From assembly GCA_965644265.1 (NCBI GenBank), contig OZ286460.1, forward strand, positions 12,958,001-13,022,000: a stretch of 64,000 bases of DNA, written 5' to 3'. Below the pieces are notes generated by a model. The model did not search any database. It was not told the origin of the DNA and worked only from the letters and a program-made list of their open reading frames with translations. The translations under genes and the position numbers were made by a program. This document shows positions 27,211 through 41,000 of this stretch, one piece after another; position 1 is the first letter of the stretch; each line of letters begins with the position of its first letter. The DNA is from Glycera tridactyla. Lineage: Eukaryota.

Positions 27211-29841
27211 TCATGTATCATCATAAAGAATTGAATTTCCCATGGTGTCTATGATTTCAGCATCTTCAATAACAACAGAGTTGCTTGGCATCTTCATTTC
27301 TGCTGGCTGTGACAGCCTTTTGATTAAAAAGATGGCAGAAAATTTGTGACATGTCAAATAGTCTGTCAGAAAATATTATATAATCAAGAGGGCAGCATAA
27401 GCAACCAGGGAAACCAGTACTGTAATTATCACCCTAATCAGGTTAGCCCCTATTCCAAGAGTAATCAAGTCAAGATTTAAATGCTGTCTTTCCAATATTA
27501 CAATTCTGTCTCTGCATTCAGGATGAGAGTTCTAATTACCTTGCTGTCATTCTGTTATGCAACTAGTTCCTGGCATAAGGGTACCATTTGATTTGTTTGA
27601 CATTGGCCACCATGCCCCAGGGCCCCCTCACCCCCATTGAATGAACCCCCTGGAACACTGGCACCCTTGGCCACATCCTCATTGACATAAATCTGGACTA
27701 TAAGAAACTTTTCAGCACTGATAGAGATTTCATGGCCAGCATTTGCTAAGCATATATTTCCAAATAAGATTGGAAATAACATCACTATTCTCTGGGGGGG
27801 GGGGGGGGTAGTTGGTCAATTCAGTTGTCAAAGAAACAGGCCTTCCTAGCAATAACTGGCCATGGGTGGATAGGATATTCCATGGTGAACGCATTCACTG
27901 ATGTGTAACGGTCACCGTTGAGTGACCAGGCAGGCAGGTGCTACGGGGAGTCTGAACTTTGGACAGGTGGTCAAGATGCAGGGTGAATGCAGAGAAGGAG
28001 GCATGAGGTGGGTGGGGGTGGACTGGTGGGGGGGGGGGAATTCTTCTAAGGTTTTCTTTCACAGTTTGACCTTCAGTCTCTGGACCAAACATGCACCAGG
28101 TGCAGGAGACATTGGCCGGAGCCCCGGCAAACTGGACAAAACAGATGACCACTGCCCCCTGTCCACCACCACCACGCCTAGTCCCTTATCTTGACCCTTC
28201 AGATTCCCAACATTCAATGTTTGTTCCCCTGTTAAGCCCCTGGAGGTCTACAAAAGACCAACCACTTCAGGCTTGATGCTGAACACCGGAAAGTTTGAAG
28301 GCTGTCATTGAGATTGGGCAATTCTTTGATATATTCAAATTCAAATATCATATTATCCATATTCATATTCCACTACTGTGAAAATGAACTCTCTATGATT
28401 ACATGCATCAGAAAGCATTTTTGAGTTTTTTCATATTCAATTAAAAAAATTAAAGGGTGGTGGGAGTGAATGGTTGCTCATACAATTCACTGCAGTTCCC
28501 ATAATCCAATAAATGCACCCAGATATCTACACTTGCTTAATGCAAGTATACCAAGCCACTGTTTTACTGCATAATAAAAATATTTTTTGCTCTCCTATTT
28601 CAATAGTCAACATAATGAATTCTTCCCCCAAACTGGATTTTTTTGTTAAGACTATTTGAATAAGAGGGAAAGCCATCTGCAGAGTAACGGATGATATCAG
28701 CGGAAGAATACAAAGTTTTCAGCTGCTGGATATTATGCTTTATCATTTACACTACACCCAATGTAAACAAAAGATGCGATGAATTTTTTCCCCACCTTCA
28801 GGAGGCTCAATGGCAAAGGTAACATTGGGAACTAGGTTTATGTCTTTTCTAGGTTCATTGACAAGACTGGGCGAGGCATGGTGCTGACTCAATGTCTCTA
28901 GAACTGTGGTTTGGGCTGTGATTGTTTTGGATTTTTTTCGCTCGAGAAACAAGGAAAGCAAGAATCAATATAAGATGGCAGGCTATTCATGATAAAATGC
29001 ATATTGGGCTGTCCACTTATATCAGTAGTACGCCATTCCAAGTCAGGCCCTCTAAACTTACTAATCATAAAGGCAAACAGTAAACGTATTATCTTTCGCT
29101 TCTATCGCACCACTTATGTCATCTAAATCCGCTGCTGATAGTGTCTCGGGTTCACCGAGACTTGTGTCAAGTCAGTCGCTTCCATACACTCCAGTCTCCA
29201 GATGGCAGGAGCGCCTCCTCTCTCCGCATTCGATTTTCTCACACAATTTTGGCAAAGGCTGATTGTGCCGTTTCGGATTATGCAAATCCGCGCAGAGTTG
29301 CTGAGGAGTTGTGCGGTAGACTTACAGGCCATCTATGTACACTGATCTCATCTTAACAATATAAGCCTGTATAGATTTTACATACTTGCGCCTATCACTG
29401 CTGTTTAGCATGCATCTAATCCCACACTAAGACATATCAAGCCCATATGGGCTGAGGCTCCGATATCCCACAAAACCACTCTCAGCCCATTCTTGGCACA
29501 TCCGCCCCAAGTACATTATCTGCTGAGAACCTCAATATCAGCAGAAATCTTTTTCACATCTTCATGGAAATCATCCAGTTGTCTGACTACTGGTTCAATA
29601 CTCAAGCGACCTCAAATCCACAATAATCAACCCACCACAGATGCACAGTAGCGAATATTTTTTGTTTTGGTTTGTTGTCTTTTCTGCAACCACAAGATGA
29701 AAGGATTTCTCTTCAAATAATTTCAATCAAATACAAGTGTTATGAAGCTTTGTGCCAGAGAATGCGAGACAACTTGGATTAGGCCAATGAAAAGAGTCCT
29801 ATGCCAATTCTGTGAAATGTGAAACCTGATACACCAAAATA

Positions 29842-29975
29842 CAGGGAAACCTGTGATAAGAGACCGCCAAGGTGCTGACCTCAGTTGAGAAACCATCCTC
29901 TCACAGCAGCCTTCTTGGTATAGTGAAAAAAAAACTTGAGAAAGAGACCACATTTTGTGAAAGACCACTATCATA
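29842..29975. mobile_element. MITE left-hand fragment, CAGT family
   Basis: TA-CAGGGAAACCTGTGATAAGAGACC followed by GAGACCAC / AAGACCAC internal motifs. Confidence 0.5.
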
Positions 29976-32900
29976 GATGGTAGCATCAATGCCATTATTT
30001 GATGATATTTGGCATAGGCCATAGTCCTGGGTCTCTGTACAGCACTGGATATAGAATGATATCATGAAGTGAAGAACTGGCACTGCATTGATGGCCATCC
30101 TGCCTTTTTGTTTGCATTTCTCATGGCGGAAAAGCACTCCCCAGGCCTGGAGTGGGGACAAAATAGAGCTATCCATCTTTTCTCAAGTACGTAATCTTCT
30201 TAAAGGGAGGCAGGCCGCATCAGTCAAGGAGGCGGCAGATGGTGTGATGCTTCCATGGCAACCCGCCTACTTCAGCATCTTTGGAGATGGAAGGAGGCGG
30301 AGGAGGAAGGTCTGATATTTCCTTCTTCGTGTTTTATCTGTGTGTGGTGTGACTTGAAGTGGGCTGGCCCGCTTGATAGCTGAGTGGCTTGAGAGGTGCC
30401 ATGAGAAAGACATGAGCGACATTCATATGAGGGCCTACTTAACGGACCTCCCTGGGCCCTATGGCCCACACAAACAGCTGCCGCTGGGGCTCAGGTCCCG
30501 CTAGATGCCTGCATGAATAGCAAAGTCTTTAAAATAAAGCCACTGATACAAATGTTCTAATACACCCAGAAGACCAGTTGATAATGCTAGACGTGGTCAA
30601 AGAATATAAATCTTGGCGCCACACTGATACCTGTGAGTATCTAGTTGCTGAAAAATGTCACCCAGGCAAATAAAAATTTGAAGTCAGGGGCCTGCTGGCT
30701 CCTTAAATTATAATAAATTTCAATCTAAAAACCGAAGGTGAGCATGACATGATGCGTCTTTGCAGAAGCTGAAATGTAGCTCTGTATTTAGAGGGAATAA
30801 ATATAAAATTTGGATGATGACTTTAAATGAAAGCATGTGAATCTTTGAATCTGTAGCAGGGTTAATGAAGATAACACAACTCTTGCCATTTCAATTACTG
30901 TATTGCTAAGTACAAAAATGTGGGACACATCTTAAACTGAGCAGTGTTGGTGACCAAGCATCTGTCGATGATGTCTGGCTGTTACATGCAACACAGCAGG
31001 GCACCTCTTCAAGGTCCGCCAAATACTGTTAGCTCAACAACAGAGTCCACTCACTGTTCTCAACAAGAGGTAAGATGGTGTGACAATCACACCTAGTGAG
31101 GTAAACTACAGTTGGGGAGAAGTGTTGAATAGATTGTCATGGATTGGTGAATACAGGCTGAATGACTAACGCTGTTAACGCGGGGTGGTGAGGGTCGCAT
31201 CTCTGTGACACACCTGGAGATGGAGTTCCTTTCAGCAACGCCATGTTGCATACATAAAACATGCAAGTAATACCCATCGTCATTATACTCTCGTCAATAT
31301 TCACGTTACGATTTGTCACGGCCGAACATCGTAATGACAAAGACGTGAGAGTGATGCAGTACTGACACTAACATTGTTGAGTCTTCCCAGGTTCACTGCC
31401 TACCTGGCAAGGCTCCAAGAAAAATGCCAGAAACTTCTGACCTCTCAAACTCCGTCAGATTTCGCAATTTGAAAATGCGATATCGGAGGTGGCATGTGCA
31501 ACTGTGTCAACTGAAGCATGACAATGACGCGAGCGGACGGGCTGCACGTGCTGCCTCACACAACGGCCACTAGTGCGTGACCGCATCCCTCGCTCCCATG
31601 TCTTGAGACCATTTTTGTTACAATTTGGGATAATTTCGCACATATTAAAAATTCATGCAGTATTTGTCGTAAACAGCGAGAGCCCCTCACATCCTGCACG
31701 CGAACACAATGATGTTAGAGCCCTCATTCCCACACCCTTGCTGCACCAACATAGAATGAAATTTAATTTCCAAACAAAATGAAAAGCATCCCCCAATAAT
31801 GTACTGCCATGCCACTAGCATTATTCAATCCTCAGTTTTTTTATGAATGTATGAAGCAAATATTATCTAGCTATTGAATCATGATTATATTGAGATAAGA
31901 CTATGACCAATTTCTCCTTCAATTCCTGGTATATCGCTGAATGTCTCAAAATTATGAATTGAGGCATACTGCATTATTCTAAATTGTGAAATCAGCCACC
32001 TCCGACATGGAATTATGTAAAACACTAATGCAATTAGGCTCAATTCTGATGGCAGATTCACTTATACAGTCATATCAGCCAAATATTATCCTCTTATGTA
32101 CTTAGCAAAGAGCAACTCTCCTCAGGTTTCATATTACCAAATACCATAATCCAATAAACAATGAGTGGCAATTGAGGATGGGCCTCTCAAACCTCACTGA
32201 ATAAAACATGACATCTGTGTACTTCTAACATATACAGTAATGAACATTTTGGTTTTGTTTTTGATTTCATCAGGAAGTTAAAATGAATGATTTTCAAAAT
32301 GTACTGATATATTTACAGAGACACATCTCCCAAGACTGCAATGCTTTGGGATTGAGCAGCGATTTTGCAATTTCACTATTTTGTTTTTGAGCTGGTTGCT
32401 CATTTGGAATCACTATGAATCAGGAGCAAAAGTGCAGGGTGAAGCAATTTCAAACTGCGACCGATTTCACTGATGTGATAAGACCAGCTGTTTGAATATT
32501 TACAGCATCTAGGATTCAATAATACTATGGCTAGCGAAAACTCCAATCTTTAGTGAAATGATCTTCACTAATCATCTTAGAGAAAGATTGAATGTCCTCT
32601 GTCAGGGAATGATCTTGAAATCAGTTACACTGCTCGCTGCGATAAACTACCAGAACACGAAAACTTGATTAACCTCTCTGACAGACCCCAAAACAATATG
32701 AGCGCCTGACAAGCAATAGATGACATCATGTTCGGAGGCAAGCCGACAAATATCTTCAAGAGTCTGCTTCTCCTATTCACTGCCAATCACTTGAATCAGC
32801 AGGTCTGGCTGAAGAATGCTTAAGTGATAAGTATGATTTTTAATTAAAAGTTGTAATTGAAAGAAATGATAACAATGCCATATTTCACTTTTCAATTAGA

Positions 32901-35900
32901 AAACTCCATTTCTGAGATTATGACCATTTCATGTCATACATTACAATTCTGAACTCTTTCCTCACTGGACATCCTTTTTCCAAATATGGTAATTTTGTCT
33001 CTCCCTCATGGTGAATAGCATGAATCTTTTTTTCAGGATTTTGCATTACTGGCGGGAGTGATCATTTGCAAGAAAAATCATGTTGAATTACAGTCCCAGA
33101 TTATCATATTCACATGAAATACTACATAAGATGGGATTCATCTCAGTGGTAGTTTTCGAAAATGGAGATGAACCTAAATAGGTTAAAGGAGTGGGACTTC
33201 TTTGTTATGTGATTGCCAGACAATAAACGTGTCAGATTACATGCTGTTAAAGCAATATCATGCATGTCTTGGCACCCAATCTCTAATGGCTAACAGTGCC
33301 AGAAGATCATTTCTCATCCACGCCTCCTCATAATACATGGTCTGGATCTCTTAAAGGGCCCGGGATACACGTAAGCCGGCGATGATCCTACTAAGCAATA
33401 CTAAGACATAATCGTAAGATGAGTGTGCCTCCCGAGAGCATGAAGGGAAGTGGCAATTGGCTTAAATGAATTACTGAGGCCTGTGATTCGCTTATGTGCC
33501 AACATCTTCGGAGGTTGCTATTGACGACAGATAAATGCCCATTATGGGTCTCAGCTGACTCGATACCTCCGGCACTGAGCTGTCAATGGCAAAGATCCTC
33601 CGGATCCCTCTTAAAGGGGCCCTCTGTCTTGCCTCTAAGACAAAGTGGCCTCCGATGCAGTCGCCGGCTGCCGAAGACGTCATTGCAATCGATCCCAATC
33701 CGGCAGTGGCAAAACATCGTTAGTGTAGCATATTACAGCTGCTGCCCTCTTGCAGACAAGCGGGAAGGAGACTGATTGGACGCGATAGCGCCTCACTTCA
33801 TCTCATCTCGCCATGTTTCTTCACTCATCTCCATAAGCATATTGCTAGCCAATCATGACAACCCATCATCCTGGTTAAATGGGGTCAGTATGGAATGCTG
33901 CTGATAGCCAAGTTATCAGCAAATATGCATCGCTTCCTTAAATGAAGATGCCCTATCTATAAAAGATCATCCGCTGGAATTGAGTTCAGATGGCTAAGAT
34001 AAGCTCTCTGATGGGATGAGAAAAGTAACCAAAAACAATAATTCAATCTGTGCATGAGAGGAAATATAAATCTCTTCTGATGTACATTCACCCCATAACT
34101 TCCAAACTTCCATCATACCAGCAAAAATGAAGATTGATAACTTCAACTTCAACTTCCTGATGACCCCGGTGGACACAACTTCGATTCAGGACCCAATGAC
34201 ATAACCAATCTTCCACAGTGAGTGAACCAGCTAAAAAGAGACTACCCAAATAACATAATGCCAAAGCCCTGTCATATCATTATGTTTCATTTTACTCTCA
34301 TTTCAAGAGCATTTTCCAATATGGAAAAGTAGTTCATAAATTAAAACAAGGGCCCCCATTCCATATCATATTTGAGCTAGATGGGATGTCAGTTGGGGCA
34401 GTTGGGAACAAGATATGTGTATCTATTGAGGGTGAAATCCACCCTGTCAAAAAATAGAAATGTACACTTCACCTCCCTAAAATGCGTGCATTATCGCCAA
34501 CTTTCACCAGGCCAGCTTTGATGCACAATTATGCTCAGATAACAATTATACCTGGTGAAAAATCATCTCCATTAGATAACTGGAGGCATATTTATTTCCA
34601 TATCCTTCTGCAGAGACAGCTAGATTGAATTGGCAGGTACTGTGCACATAAAATTAGGGGATTTGAGCATGAGTCAAACGGGGCTCTCTTTCATCGACTG
34701 ATTCAAGACAATCAATCAACTGTGTAAAATGCCTACTCCCGGTGACATTACTGCTTGTTATCTCAAAACACTATAGATTTTAATTTATGGAGTGAATTAA
34801 ATTCACGCACATGATTGATTTTAGGCAGGATAAATGAGTTCTTGAGTTACACCTTTATGGCTGGGAAAAGCGATACAGTTGCATAAATTATGAGCCTGCT
34901 GCTAATGCCGTTTTGAAACGAAATTATTTCAATAAAGATTTGAATGAATAGGCGAGTTGAATAAATGAAGATCAGGCTTGGTTTATTGTGTTTTGATTCC
35001 ATCCACCTTGTAGAGATAAAATCCATGAAGTGACATGTTGCTTTCATGCAGCCATTTTTCCTATAATTAATTCAGAATGGCCATTAGGAGTCTTTGACCA
35101 CAGTTGCGACTAAAATGAAAGGCTTTCGTCTGTGTATTGATCATCTTCATCGCTCGTATTTAATGACAATGATTTCCAATATTCACCTGCAATTACGCGA
35201 TCACTGATGGCCAGAAAAAGCAGCAAATTATGAAAGAGACAAGAGATGATTAATGCTATAACGGTGCACCGTGATTGGCCACAGACTGTGCTTGTTCCGT
35301 CGTCTATCGTCCATCAATTCCTTACTCAATGACACACCTTCACAACCACATTTCCTCATTACGATTCTGGAATTTCCATTTCGAATATGTTTTTTTTCAC
35401 CGAAGTAGTTCAGAGGGACTAAATGAAGATCCGGAATGGGCAATCCCATCAAGGCCTTTCTGCTCCGAATCCGTGCCTCAGGGCACTCCAGTTATCCAAA
35501 CTACAGAAATGAGATGGAAAATTTGAACTGATGCACTACAATGCCATCTATCTGCAAAATGTTTGTGGGGCAATCACTTGGCTTTACAGGGGAAGTGCCA
35601 TTGAACAGGTAAAGTACAGGTGATATTAATGGAGAGATGGGAGATACTTAGCTACGCCCTGTGAGTGGCACGCTGCATTTAGCCACAACGACTTTGTAAA
35701 TATGTACACGGCTCTGCAAGTCATAATGTGGTCCAGGTTTATTTGAGCGTGGATGGGTGCGTCTCCATTATAGCCTTTACGGCTTGTTGAGGCAGCACCT
35801 CAATTCTCCCTAATGTCCTTGGACTCTACAGGAAATCTGCGGGTTCCCACAATACATCAGAGTGCCACGTCTCCATACAATATTCATGCCTACCTGTCTC

Positions 35901-36854
35901 CCCAGCCCGCCACACTCAGACGTTCGATAATGACCAGCAGACACCCAACACCCAAGTCAGATAGAGATTGATATGACTGATGTGGTATCAAAACAATACA
36001 TGTATCAAGTCAAGTAGAAGCGACAAAAAATCCCGCATCAAGTATCTGAATGTCAGCTGAAATTCGAACAAGCCATACCTAGAAGGGTATTGCTGGAATC
36101 TCTCAAAAGACATGCCTAATCTAACTCTCTGACATTGATTCATTTTCGCACAAATTTTGGGAAAAAGATTTTAGTGCAGAAGAATGAGGTTGGTGAGGAT
36201 AATACATTTCCCCTCACTGTGAGTGAAATAAGAGAAACTTTTCTGAAGATATCTGACTGAGTGCTATCTATTGATAATAATTGAAAATTTTCAATGTGAT
36301 TCGGACTGAAACACGGTATGAAGATGGAAATGCCCATGCTTGGAGTTCATCCAAAGAGAATGTTCTCTGCAGGATGTGTACTATAGGAGATTGGAAAACA
36401 ATCTGAGAATATGGCCGTTAATGATGATGTGATGATAAATGTGTGTAGTGCAAGGACTTGGCCTTCGTCCCCTCCGGCTGGCTAGTTCATCTCCACTAAG
36501 AGGTGCCCCATGAGGTTGGCCTGCTGCCCACAGCTACTTTATGTGGCGATCCTAACGTCCATAAGGCACCGCTTGACACGGAAAATGATCATTTCTTTGG
36601 AGGTTCCGTGACGATGTATCAGTGCTCTTGGCAATGGCGTCTGAGTTTGTGTCAGCCATCTAGGAATTAACTGTCTGATTACATGGAGAGGCGGGCCACT
36701 TTAACGGCACACTCAGAGGAGGCAAAGTCAGGTGGAATGAGTTCCTTTGGGGATCACACGAGGCCGACTTGCCAATGTGACCCATCACTCTATAAAGTGG
36801 CTGCTACTTTGTGGCAACAGGATCAATATCATGTGGAAGATGCACCCAGGTACA

Positions 36855-36950
36855 AACACACCCACCCACATACATGCACTTGTACACCCACACCCACACA
36901 CAACACAACACACACACACACACACAGCCACACATACAAACAAACACAGA
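36855..36950. repeat. compound CA-rich microsatellite
   Basis: Degenerate CA/CAC/CAA units. Confidence 0.85.
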
Positions 36951-38004
36951 CAAAACATAATCAGATTTCTGAGAAGATTGGGTTCTCAACTAGTTCCAGA
37001 TGCCAATTTCTGATTAATACAATCAAAAAATGTCCTTTTGGCGAACTTTTTTCATCACTTTTCAGCAATGGAGTAATGAAATGAAAGCCATCCAGTCATA
37101 AGTGGGAAAAGTGGTGATTTTTTGGAGAGTGACTGTTTAGCAGCCAGGTATATAAAGAGCTTCGCCTTGCATGCAACCGTCGAAATGGCAGGCCGTTCTT
37201 GTGCGTCATTCGAATCACTTTACGGCTATTATAATTTTCTGCAAGATGGCATTCCAACAAGATAGAATGCAAGGTTCAGTGTGCTGAAGTTGCATGTGAA
37301 CCAGTTCAGATCAATAATCTCAATCGAGCTGCGATATAATTCACACGACAGCTTTCGAAACTTACGCTTCTTTATCAATATTGTGGAGATAATTGTGCAA
37401 GGTTTAGCACAAGAAGCCACTTTAAGTGCTTTATAATTCGCCGATCTCGTGCAAACCGCCACCTTTTTTCTTGCTTGACAAACACAGCTTACCTGCGTAA
37501 ATGCACAAAGCATGCATGGGACGTAATGACTGTAATTTGCGTCTTTTGTTCCACACATCAAGCTTTCTCCGATTTGTCACCAGGGATCCCAGCAGGGAGC
37601 ATATATTTTTATCAACTTTTGATGATGAATAGCGATGTAGATGCAAAGTTGTTCACTTGCATGACTTTTAGCAATCATGATGTCAAGGACAATTCTGAAT
37701 TTTCCATTCTGATCAGGTGTGTGATATCACTGAAATCACACAGCTTGAAGTAGGAATGCCATTAGAAATTGTCTTCTATCAAACTTATTAAAATTCTCAC
37801 CGCAAAATATCTTGTTCTGTTTCCACCAATCAACACATCAAATATAGTCAATGCTGCTCCAAAGACCCCCCCCCCCCCCCCCCTAGAAACGCCACTTTAA
37901 CATGTAACCCTGATAGTTGATTAGACAGTGAAGAACCTCTGTTTAGGCTTTGAACAACCTCTGAATAGCTTCGAAAAATCAAATTCAGTCAAGCTGCTCC
38001 AAAG

Positions 38005-38087
38005 GATGCCTCTACCAAAAGGTTTACTATCTACTATGATCACTTTTTCATGCAACCACAGGTAGGCTGTGTAGACAGGTTTGACTA
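38005..38087. mobile_element. MITE right-hand fragment (CAGTCAAACCT subfamily)
   Basis: CACTTTTTCATGCAACC...AGACAGGTTTGACTA matches the right ends at 59673 and 60885. Confidence 0.45.
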
Positions 38088-41000
38088 TACATTTCTGAAT
38101 TTCATCACCTGGCTATCGAATAGCAAAATGTCCCAATATCTCAATCATGGATGGCAAAGAATATCAATTTGCTGAAACCACCCTGGATGTGGTCTTATGA
38201 TGGAGGTGGTCTTCTACATAGAAGTCCCTCATCACAGTTTTATCTGCATGGTGCATTAACTTCAAGAGCTCCATGTAAATGAGGTATCTCAATTTGCAGT
38301 GTAATATTTTATTGTAATTGTTACATGAAATATCATGATCTGAATACTGTGACACAAATCAACATTTGAATATTTCTCCACATTGTAGATCACATCCTGT
38401 TATGAAACATGACATTTCAACTTGCACGCTTGCTGTGACTATTGATGGTCACAACTTAGAGAGGGGGGGGGGGGGGGGCGTGAAGAGGGGGAGGGGGCAG
38501 TAACTGTTGCGCGGGAGCATTGTGTGCACGGACGGCACCCGCTAAAAACCGCTTAATGTCAGGGACTAATTGTGGCTGTAGCATGTGATCGCATCATGGT
38601 GGATCAATAGAACCAAACAATGATGCCACAACCTGCAATGCTAACACGGATCAAAGTTGCCTAGCCACAAATTAACACCCTTCTTAATGCTCAAGCTCCT
38701 CCTCAAATTCTTCACAGCTATTTTGAATTCAGCAAACAGTCAAACCTGTTCCAAAGCTCACCTCTATTCAAAAGCCACTGGCCCAAAAATATCATCCTTT
38801 CATGCAACCCTGGAAGTAATTTACACTGTAACTCCAGAGGCCATTCCCACAAAAAACACAAGCTACTAATGGTGACCTCAGTGATCAGGTTCAACTTATT
38901 TTGTACCAATCAGTCAATAAGAATGCATTTCTGTTTTTTGTAGTTTTCAGTTGTTAATTTTTCAAAAAACAAAGATGTAAATTATCCCATGGGTAGGTAG
39001 ATTCTGAAGTATCCATGGGAGAGGGTGGAGTTCTTTCATGGAGTGACAAGAATCAATTCAGTCAAAAAGCGTTGCCAAAGCACAATTGACATTTGGCGGT
39101 GAATCGATACAGATCAAGCGGGAGCGCTGTTGACTGAGTGCTTGTAAAGCCGGCACATTTTCTTTTCTCCCCCGCAATGTTTTGAGATGAAGCCTAGGTG
39201 GGGAGCCTCCATTGATTGGCCGAGAATTCATTCGCCATCGGGCGGAAATGCATTCACTATTGATTGCATTGACTCGAAAATTGACGCACATCTCTCCGGT
39301 AAGATACTTGAGTTTCACAATTATCTGTCATTAATGATCCGTTACTTCAGACAGCAGTTCAACTCTTAATTACAGAATTATCCCCGATCTGTTTTTGTTG
39401 TGTCTGTGTGCTATTAAACCGGACTGATCGCCCTACACCCTGTGGTTCTAACCACACTTTAAACAATGGGGTTCGGCTAAATTACAGTTTGACTAGGCTC
39501 ACATTATCTGTGCTTACTTATATACTGCTTTCACATGTAGTGTATCACTGGAATTAAGAAATATTACCAGCCCACCAGAACTAATACTCATTGGAGTGTC
39601 CCTGGCGAGGGTGAACACCATGTGAGGTGACATGGGTTAATGGTAAATACATCACATCTGCATGTTTGATGATGCACGTGAAGGTCATGATTGCCAGGTA
39701 CATCAGCGCTAAAGTCACACTCAAGTAGCGATCTTTGCAGCATCGATTGTGGACCTGGGACTGTTTAGGTTGTTGCCATGACAGTCCGGGCATTGATTGC
39801 CATCAGCCCTCCACTCTTAGACAACTCGCTCAATTGACAAAAGTACGCCGCCTCACTCAGACTAATGTAAAATTTATCGGCCCACGCAGATGCGGAGGTA
39901 GTAAGCACCAGTGTGGGCTTGTCCTGGTGCATATTGATCAAGCTGCCAATGGACACTCAAGAAGTATGCACGCAATGGGCAAAATAATATACCCATCTTC
40001 TAATTTAGAGCCCATTTTTCACTTAATGCACCATGCAGCGTCAGCTAAGAACATGTTTATTCTATGTGATGTCGTGCATATCGTGTCGAACTGCAGCCAT
40101 GGGGTGTTCAGAGTAGTGGGTTTGCATGCCAAAAGGAATTTCCGATCGTCAAGTTGAGTGTTGAAAACACAATAGAGGCTTGAAGGTACATCAATATTGA
40201 AGGAACTGATTTGAGAAACCTGGGATTGTTCCATAGTTCTAACAAAATGAACCACAAGAGAGCGAATAGTGACTGCTGGCAACCAAGGACATCCTACTCA
40301 CAGAGAATTGCACCCCTGAATCCCCAACCATAAGAATGTATAAAAAACTTCATATATATATGGAGAAGAAATTTCCCAAAGGATATCTGTGCATGGTCAT
40401 GGAAGAGGGAATGAACCCATATATCTGATGATATGTTGCCCTTTCTGAGTTGAACAATGCCCTCTGACAAGACATTGTTCTAAATCAAACAGCAAATATG
40501 GGTGACCCGGGGATTATCTGTGAACTGAGATTAGAAGCTGAGTCAATGCTTGAGCAACAATATTTATTCAATTCATAGTTGGGTGTGATGGTATGTAGGG
40601 CAGGAGGGATAAATCTCATAAAACTCGCCTGAATCATGAGGCCCTAGGGACGTGCAAACATGGCTTTTGTGGCCGAGTGCTCATAGCGTGATCAAGAAGG
40701 TGGTGCTATCACGCGGCCTCCATACGCCCAAGTGCACATCTCACGAGAGCCGGCATCAGTTAAAGAAGCGAGATTTACTTGCATATTCGCTTAAGTCGGC
40801 AGTGCAGTGGCAAGATGGGGCTTCCCTGCGGGAGTTGGGAGTCCCACATCTGCCGTGGTGTAATCAGTGAGCCAACAAGACAGGCAGAAAGCTTCAACAT
40901 GATCCACGATTGTAGGCCACACAGCCAATAGCGTGCTGAGGATCCCTCCCGTCTCCCCAGACGCTCACACTGCCACGTGTAATGGATCACCTTCTGAATG

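Noticed and set aside
36558-36565. TAAGGCAC (miR-124 seed) and other 8-9 nt matches to conserved miRNA 5' ends (near 180, 11603, 41234)
   Set aside because: The matches do not extend over a mature miRNA and I saw no precursor hairpin.
39735-40157. 140-aa + strand ORF, and others of 100-150 aa (24053, 25312, 60663)
   Set aside because: No recognisable domains or coherent splice signals; 60663-61118 overlaps a MITE.
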